From Candidatus Oleincola secundus (GTDB lineage: Bacteria; Atribacterota; Phoenicimicrobiia; Phoenicimicrobiales; Stramentimicrobiaceae): DNA of 12,616 nucleotides. The DNA is taken from positions 1 through 12,616 of the forward strand of contig JAGYLS010000050.1 of the NCBI GenBank assembly GCA_018400815.1. Reading direction: 5' to 3'. Below the pieces are notes generated by a model that saw only the letters and a list, made by a program, of their open reading frames with translations, made no database searches and was not told the origin of the DNA. The position numbers and the translations under genes are program-made. Of this stretch, positions 6,745 through 12,616 are shown one piece after another. Positions within the stretch are counted from its first letter, which is position 1, and the number at the start of each line of letters is the position of its first letter.

Positions 6745-7131
6745 ATGGGTTATGATTTAGAAGCATTGAATACAAATAAGACTTCTGAAGAAGGTCGTTG
6801 GTTAGAGCTTGAGCATCCTGCAACAAATGAGCCTCTGGATATTCATTTGAAATTGATGGGAAAAGACTCAGATCAGTACAGAAAACAAGTTCGCAGAAAC
6901 CAGGATAAAAACATCAAAAAAGGGCTTCGTAAACTTAAATCAGAACATTTGGAAAATGAAACTATTGAATTACTTACAGCCTGTACTTTAGAATGGAGAG
7001 GCGTTGTTCATAACGGAAAAGAACTTGATTTTACAAAAGAAAACGTAAGGTGGCTTTATAAAACATACTCTTGGGCTAAAGATCAAGTAGATGAGTTTAT
7101 AGGGGATTATAGCAATTATATGGGGGAGTAG
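6745..7131 (+). CDS. Tail assembly chaperone (lambda gpG equivalent)
   Basis: AAGGAG RBS at 6731-6736. EG..LEL.HP.T.EPL...L.L.G.DS..YRK, L.ACT..W.G, F..EN...LY....W..DQVDEFI.D.SNY. Confidence 0.88.
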   Translation: MGYDLEALNTNKTSEEGRWLELEHPATNEPLDIHLKLMGKDSDQYRKQVRRNQDKNIKKGLRKLKSEHLENETIELLTACTLEWRGVVHNGKELDFTKENVRWLYKTYSWAKDQVDEFIGDYSNYMGE

Positions 7132-7553
7132 CCGAGGAATTAAAAGAAGCTGTTGAGTGGTATTTTGAAATGAACTCAAAAAATGCGCAAGGCTATACCA
7201 AAACAGAAGAATTAGAACAGGTAATAAATTCTACTCCAGCCGACTCAACAGCTCATATTACTGCTTGTGATACATTAGATAACCAACCATTAATTCCGTA
7301 TTGTTTTCAACATATATGGAAATGGTTCCTTGACTTAAATTCTAAAAGAGATTCCGGCTTTGAAGGGCCAAGGTCTATTTCATATACAGAAGTATATGCC
7401 TGGAATAAATTAAAACAAATTGATATACAAGATTTTGAACTTGATATATTATTTTTAATAGATAATGTTTTTATGGAAAACACAAGAAAAAAAATTAGTA
7501 AAAAACAAAATCAAAAGCAACCGATTATGAGCAAAGGAAGGAAAAAAAGATAA
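7125..7553 (+). CDS. Tail assembly chaperone C-terminal extension (gpT equivalent), probably expressed by -1 frameshift as a ~269-aa G-T fusion
   Basis: The -1 frame is open from 7113, across GGGGGAG at 7122-7128. Motif P.....IW.WF.DL...R..GF.GP..ISY.E..AW..L......E...L..ID..F. No clear RBS before ATG 7170. Confidence 0.78.
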   Translation, partial: GVAEELKEAVEWYFEMNSKNAQGYTKTEELEQVINSTPADSTAHITACDTLDNQPLIPYCFQHIWKWFLDLNSKRDSGFEGPRSISYTEVYAWNKLKQIDIQDFELDILFLIDNVFMENTRKKISKKQNQKQPIMSKGRKKR

Positions 7554-7843
7554 TGTTTGTTTACAAATTAGTTTGCAAAAAAACAGGAAAAGTACATGTA
7601 GGGGTAAGCGACTATGACCCTGATCTTGATATTCTAACTTTTCCTGAAAATGTAAAAAAAGATATTGATTTTTTTGGGATAAATAATTTTCATATCCTTA
7701 AAATATGTGAACTTAACAATAGGAAAAAAGTTGAGGATAAAGTAGCTTTATTGGTATCAAAAGAAAAATATTGTTATAATAATGATCCCGACGAAGTTAA
7801 AATTGAACCGATAGAGCAAATTCCTGAATTTTATTGGGAGTAG
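7553..7843 (+). CDS. Degenerate GIY-YIG endonuclease-like protein
   Basis: FVYKLVCKKTGKVHVGVS resembles GIY.I.N..NGK.YIG.S. DIDFFGINNF.I..ICE resembles AI.KYG.ENF..EILE, followed by E...YN. Confidence 0.6.
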   Translation: MFVYKLVCKKTGKVHVGVSDYDPDLDILTFPENVKKDIDFFGINNFHILKICELNNRKKVEDKVALLVSKEKYCYNNDPDEVKIEPIEQIPEFYWE

Positions 7844-7846
7844 CCC

Positions 7847-10800
7847 GTGACTGATTTAGCCCATCTTGGAATAAAAGTTGATTATGAAGAAAGCAGAAAT
7901 GTTGTCAGTAGACTGGCAGATATTGAAGAACAAGCCAGAGCTACTGAAAAAGCAACAGATAAATTAAATAAACAAAAGGCTTCCGATGGGCTGAAAAAGC
8001 AATCTTCTACTGCCAAAGAGGTAGTTAAAAATTTTCTACAATTAGATAAGCAATTAAGAGAATTAATAAAATTATATGAAAGATTTAAAAACACTCCTTC
8101 AGGTTTAACTCAATTAAGAAAAGAACTTAATCAGTTAGATGGTCAATTTAAAAAATCTTATGATGCTGGCAGATTGGGTGAAAAAGGATATAGAAATTTA
8201 GCAAAAGGGTCAGATACTTTTAGAAAAAGATTAGATGAACAAATAACTACACTAAAGAAAAACACAGATAATATTAAAGAAGCAGATAACGCTTCAAAAC
8301 AATACATAGCAACTTTAAAACAAAGACAAGCTGCTGAATCAAGGCGTACAATGGAATACGATGAAGCAGCAACAAGAAAAAAAGAATTAAATACTTTAAA
8401 AGCTTATATCATAGAAAAATATAAAGCTATAGATGCTAATGAAAAGCTTCAAAGATCAACGGCTGAGCAAGCAAAAGCAAATAGAAATGCTAGTTCTTCT
8501 TGGATACAGTTAAAAACAACTTTAAACAAATTAAATAAAGAATTTAATGATTTTAAAGGTAGCCCTGCTGCTGTTAGAGGAATGCGAAAATCTTTAAATG
8601 ATTTGGAACGGGCTGCTCTAAAATCATATAAGGCTGGAAGACTTGCTTCTGAAGGATATTTAGATGTAACACAATCTTGTGATAAATTAAAAAGATCATT
8701 AAGAAGTACTACCAAAACAGCCGATAAATTTGATAATAAGTTAGATGAGTTATGGAAACGGTTTGGGGCTGTTACTTTAGGGTTTACTGTATTTTACAGA
8801 TTAATAAATGCTATTGAACAAGCAATGACCGAATTTGTGATGATTTTCTTTGAAGGTATTAAATTAAGCGGTGAAATGGCATCTATGTCTGTAAAGCTCG
8901 CTACCTATATTAGCCTTATGGATAAAAGTTCTACTTCATCGGCTGACTTTGCAGAAAATATAGAAAAAGCTAAAAATAATGTTCAAGGATTAGTAAATCA
9001 ATCTTTAACTTCTGCTTCAAGTTTGCAAGAATTAAATACAGCTTATGATGAGTTTGCCCAACATGGCATAATGATTCAAGAAGATTTATTGCCCGCCTTT
9101 TCTGCTTTTACTGACCTTACTGTTTTACTTTCACGAACAACGGGGGAAACTACACGCCAAATCAGGTCTGAGATTTCAGGACTCTTAGAAGGCCAAATGA
9201 GAGCCACTAATGTTACTATTCGCGCGTTAAAACGGATGGGCTATATAACTGATGAAACAATGGCTAAACTAAAAAAAGGGGAGGACGTATCTGAAAATTT
9301 AAGGGTTATGCTTAAATCAATGGAAAAAGATGTTATGGCATTTCAAAAATATATGGTAAAAGCAGACCCGGCTATTATTTGGACTAAATGGAAAGATGCT
9401 ATGTCCACGGCTATTGGTGTAGCAATTCAAGAAAGATCAGAATTGGAGGGGGTAGTTAATGTATTTAGTGAGGTTATCTATAAACATTTAGAATGGGTAA
9501 AAGCCCTTCAAGAAGATGAAGAGTTTATGGATAATGCTGGAAAAGCTATGAAATTATTAGCTACTGGCTTGGATTATGTTTTGCGATTTTTTGAGAAGTC
9601 TGTAGCGGCAGTATCTGGTTTTCTTGGTTTAATGTATGAATTAAGGAATGTGTTGAAAATAGTTTTTCCTTTAATGGCAATAGGAACAGTTTATAACGAA
9701 TGGGTATTTTTTTCTAAGGTATTAAAAAAATTAGGGGGTGTAATAAAAACAGCCCTTTTAGGGTCTATACCGCTTCTTATTAATTCCTTTAAAGCCTTAA
9801 AAAATGCTGCTGGAGTCACCTTATTAGTCTTACAAGATTTACCGGCTACTTTTGCTAAAATAAGTGCCGCAATAAAAGCAAAAGCTGTTCCAGGGATAGC
9901 TTTATTAACAGGAAAATATTTATTATTAGCGGCTGCTATATATACTACTATTACGGCTATGAGAGTAGCCACAAAAGAAGATACTGTTCCCGACTCTTTT
10001 GTAAAAGGTTTAGATTCTATTAAAGAAAAAGCGTCGGAAGCTAAAGCAGAAATTTTAGAATTAATTGAAGCAAAAGGAGACATAGAGCAGTACGCCGAAT
10101 CTAAAGGTATATCTGTAATAACTGCGGTCAACGAATTTGGCGGGTATCAGAGGTTAATAGAACAAATAGAAGAAGCCCAAAAAGCAGTAGGAACAGACGC
10201 TTTTCAAAAAGAAATAGAAGATGCTTATCATGTTTATAAATCTGTTTTTGGTGTAAAAGTTCCTGGTTTAGCGGAGCAAACATTTAATCAAATGGGCGAT
10301 GATTTTAAAGCAGTAATGGATAGATTTGATAAGATATTTAAAAGCCAAAAAGATAAAACTGAAAAAGATGCTGATGATTGGGCAAATTTTAAAAAAATGC
10401 TCCAAGATGTTAAAGAAACTGAAGAAGCAGTTAAAGAATTAGAAGATACTTTAAGCGGAGTTTCCTTAACTTTTTATTCAGATATGAAAGAAGCTGCTGA
10501 AGCAGGAAATATAAAAGAAACTATGGAGCTTTCTTCTTTTGCTACTCGTGAACTTCAAGTGCAGTTGGATGAATTAAATGAAAAATATGCAAAGGCTGCT
10601 AAATTATGGGATAGCGGAATCGGGACGGAAAAACAATTATTACAAATTTGGGCATTAAGAAATGAGATAGAAGAATTAAATAAACAAATAGATGCAATTC
10701 CAGGGCATAAAAATATAGCTCAAATTAATGAATGGATTAATGAGTTTGAAGAAGGCATCGAACAAATAAATCAAAAATATGATGAAGGGTCAGATCAATG

Positions 10801-12616
10801 GATAACTAAAACAAGGGACTTTGTTGAAAAATACCGAGCTTTAATTAAAACTTTACCAGAATTGACAAGTGAAGAAGCCATAGCCGCTGTTAATAAATTT
10901 GAAGAAAATTTAGATAAAACATTTAAAACTACCAACAAAAAAGTAGAAGAGCAAGTAGACGAAACATATAAATTATTTGAAGATATGCTTGGGGAGATGC
11001 AATCTGAATTTTCAGATATCATATTTGATATGCTTGACGGCAGTATGGATGATTGGGAAGACTATTGCGAAGCCTTTGGGGATATATTTAAGCGTACAAT
11101 AGCGGATTTGGCTGCTTATGCTTTACAACAAAGGATAATTTTACCTGTAATTGCAAATGCTGGTTTGGGAAGTATTTCAACTGCCGCTGCACAAAGTATT
11201 GTTGGAGGTACTGGTGGAGTAGGTGGGGGAGGTACTGGTGGAGTAGGTGGGGGAGGTATTCCTGGGCTTGGAAGTATCGGAACTTTGGCAGATTCTTTAG
11301 GCCTGAGTGGTGTATCATCGTGGTTGAGTACACCTATAGGAGGTTATGATTATAGTACCGGTGCAGTATCGCCGGGGACCGCAGCAGCAGGAGCAACACC
11401 TATGCAAATACTTGGCTATGCCGGTCTTGGCTCAATGGGATATTCTATGCTTGGGGGCGCTTTAGGATTACCACAAGGAGGGTATTCCGGCATAGGTTCA
11501 GCTCTTGGGGGTGCTGCCGGTGGAACATATGGTGCCACGGCAAGTTCAGCTATGGGTCTCAAATTAGGATCATGGGCTGGACCTATCGGTATAGCCATTG
11601 GTGCTATTATTGGTGGTATTCTTGGCAGTTTATTTGGCTCTTCAGGACATGAGCCCCATGTCTGGCTTGGCGGTGATATTGGTATGTCAGGTGGACAGGT
11701 AACGTCCTCTGCTTTAGGTACAAATCAATGGATTGAAGGCGGCGAAAGATATCAAGCTGGTTTTGCAACTGCTCAAATGCGGGGGTCGTCATCAGATCGA
11801 GAAATTGCAGAAGCGGTCGGCGAAGTGGTAAATCCAATGGTAGAAGCTTATATCGGCGGGCTTAATGACTATCTTGCAGGATTATCAAATGAGGCAGTAA
11901 ATGAAGCTTTAGCTGATCTTGATATTTCAACTACCATAGGACTTCCCCATAGTTATCATGGGGAAGATATAGAAAAATGGCTTAAAAATGTAATTGGGAC
12001 ATTTACTGAGTCAATGCTGAATTTTACCAATACGCTCTTTGAAGCTATCGATCAGGATATACTTGGCGCTGGTTGGGAGAAATTGGTCAGCCCTGAATTG
12101 ATTAACGAAATCCAAGAAGAAGGGGAAAGTATTGCTCAAACATGGATTCGGTTAATCGAAACCGTACAGTTTATTCCTGGCGCACTGCGGCGAATGAAAG
12201 ACCTGATTGAAGAAGGACTAACTGAAGCAGAAGCATACCAAGAACTTGAAAAACAATTAACAGAAGTGTCGGGAATTTTAACTCCGGCGATTGAGGTCGG
12301 TTTGTCTGCTGTCGGTGATGATCTGGATTTTACTGATTTCCGGGAGGGAATGATTACCAATATTGAGAATCAGATGAAACAGGTTGTACTTGCCTCTGCC
12401 AAACAGCAATTCATGCAGTCAATTATACAATCTGCTTTTGATGAGGTAGGCGGTTTGACAGGCTTATTAAAATCTTATTTTGGAGGTGATATTGGCCTGA
12501 GTGAACTGATCTCTGAATGGGACCAGGCAATGACAGCAATCGAGGTCGCAGTTGATATCGGTCTTTGGGACGAATTTTCGGAGGTGTTAGAAAAACTTGG
12601 TTTGGTCGTTGAGGAT
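7847..12616 (+). CDS. Tail tape measure protein (at least 1590 aa, 3' truncated by the window edge)
   Basis: GTG start with GGGAG RBS at 7836-7840. I read the frame codon by codon to the window end and found no stop. N-terminus MTDLAHLGIKVD...AR.TEKATDKL, long helical K/E/A-rich stretches, hydrophobic segments and a Gly-rich region; follows the chaperone genes. Confidence 0.93.
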   Translation, partial: MTDLAHLGIKVDYEESRNVVSRLADIEEQARATEKATDKLNKQKASDGLKKQSSTAKEVVKNFLQLDKQLRELIKLYERFKNTPSGLTQLRKELNQLDGQFKKSYDAGRLGEKGYRNLAKGSDTFRKRLDEQITTLKKNTDNIKEADNASKQYIATLKQRQAAESRRTMEYDEAATRKKELNTLKAYIIEKYKAIDANEKLQRSTAEQAKANRNASSSWIQLKTTLNKLNKEFNDFKGSPAAVRGMRKSLNDLERAALKSYKAGRLASEGYLDVTQSCDKLKRSLRSTTKTADKFDNKLDELWKRFGAVTLGFTVFYRLINAIEQAMTEFVMIFFEGIKLSGEMASMSVKLATYISLMDKSSTSSADFAENIEKAKNNVQGLVNQSLTSASSLQELNTAYDEFAQHGIMIQEDLLPAFSAFTDLTVLLSRTTGETTRQIRSEISGLLEGQMRATNVTIRALKRMGYITDETMAKLKKGEDVSENLRVMLKSMEKDVMAFQKYMVKADPAIIWTKWKDAMSTAIGVAIQERSELEGVVNVFSEVIYKHLEWVKALQEDEEFMDNAGKAMKLLATGLDYVLRFFEKSVAAVSGFLGLMYELRNVLKIVFPLMAIGTVYNEWVFFSKVLKKLGGVIKTALLGSIPLLINSFKALKNAAGVTLLVLQDLPATFAKISAAIKAKAVPGIALLTGKYLLLAAAIYTTITAMRVATKEDTVPDSFVKGLDSIKEKASEAKAEILELIEAKGDIEQYAESKGISVITAVNEFGGYQRLIEQIEEAQKAVGTDAFQKEIEDAYHVYKSVFGVKVPGLAEQTFNQMGDDFKAVMDRFDKIFKSQKDKTEKDADDWANFKKMLQDVKETEEAVKELEDTLSGVSLTFYSDMKEAAEAGNIKETMELSSFATRELQVQLDELNEKYAKAAKLWDSGIGTEKQLLQIWALRNEIEELNKQIDAIPGHKNIAQINEWINEFEEGIEQINQKYDEGSDQWITKTRDFVEKYRALIKTLPELTSEEAIAAVNKFEENLDKTFKTTNKKVEEQVDETYKLFEDMLGEMQSEFSDIIFDMLDGSMDDWEDYCEAFGDIFKRTIADLAAYALQQRIILPVIANAGLGSISTAAAQSIVGGTGGVGGGGTGGVGGGGIPGLGSIGTLADSLGLSGVSSWLSTPIGGYDYSTGAVSPGTAAAGATPMQILGYAGLGSMGYSMLGGALGLPQGGYSGIGSALGGAAGGTYGATASSAMGLKLGSWAGPIGIAIGAIIGGILGSLFGSSGHEPHVWLGGDIGMSGGQVTSSALGTNQWIEGGERYQAGFATAQMRGSSSDREIAEAVGEVVNPMVEAYIGGLNDYLAGLSNEAVNEALADLDISTTIGLPHSYHGEDIEKWLKNVIGTFTESMLNFTNTLFEAIDQDILGAGWEKLVSPELINEIQEEGESIAQTWIRLIETVQFIPGALRRMKDLIEEGLTEAEAYQELEKQLTEVSGILTPAIEVGLSAVGDDLDFTDFREGMITNIENQMKQVVLASAKQQFMQSIIQSAFDEVGGLTGLLKSYFGGDIGLSELISEWDQAMTAIEVAVDIGLWDEFSEVLEKLGLVVED
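11204..11258 (+). repeat. 24-bp perfect tandem repeat (GGAGGTACTGGTGGAGTAGGTGGG x2.3) encoding GGTGGVGG
   Basis: Units at 11204-11227 and 11228-11251, partial at 11252-11258. Confidence 0.95.

Noticed and set aside
1..7843. Genome-wide stop codon reassignment (TGA to Trp/Gly, or TAG to Gln) as the explanation of the in-frame TGA
   Set aside because: Other TGA codons are real stops: ATGA/TGATG overlaps with next starts, the endolysin ends at its typical ARW, and readthrough hits another stop within a few codons where checked. Trp is TGG throughout, and TAG stops also fall at natural gene ends.
9270..9282. A7-G4 run in the tape measure gene (and the T8 run at 3952-3959) as frameshift or phase-variation sites
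   Set aside because: Reading frames are intact, such runs are expected in AT-rich DNA, and I saw no evidence for a meaningful alternative product.
123..12360. All minus-strand ORFs in the track, and + strand 6504-6725
   Set aside because: They are shadows overlapping well-supported + strand genes, with no recognisable motifs.
1..12616. CRISPR array, tRNA, DGR template/variable repeat pair, invertible segment
   Set aside because: No regularly spaced repeats, cloverleaf, adenine-mismatched repeat pair, reverse transcriptase or invertase gene was seen; the window is almost fully coding.

Overview
A + strand late (structural) region of a tailed dsDNA phage or prophage of siphovirus type. The host is probably Gram-negative, inferred from a lipoprotein in the lysis cassette. 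The left block (1-3641) is visibly GC-richer. It holds the 3' end of a BspA/DUF285-like surface protein, a CBM5/12-like repeat protein with a signal peptide, a lysis cassette (small membrane proteins/holins, a lipoprotein, an M15A peptidase endolysin), an FN3 protein and a nidogen (NIDO)-like domain gene. The right block (3677-end) is AT-rich. It encodes head-tail adaptor, head closure, HK97 gp10-like, tail terminator, tail tube, a frameshifted chaperone pair, a degenerate GIY-YIG protein and a tape measure protein of at least 1590 aa that the ORF track misses. The main anomaly is the NIDO-like gene (2865-3641): one continuous frame broken by a single in-frame TGA, followed by a hairpin fitting the bacterial SECIS model. 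It is a candidate phage selenoprotein or readthrough gene, but a plain nonsense mutation or sequencing error is not excluded. All family assignments are motif recognition by eye, not database hits.
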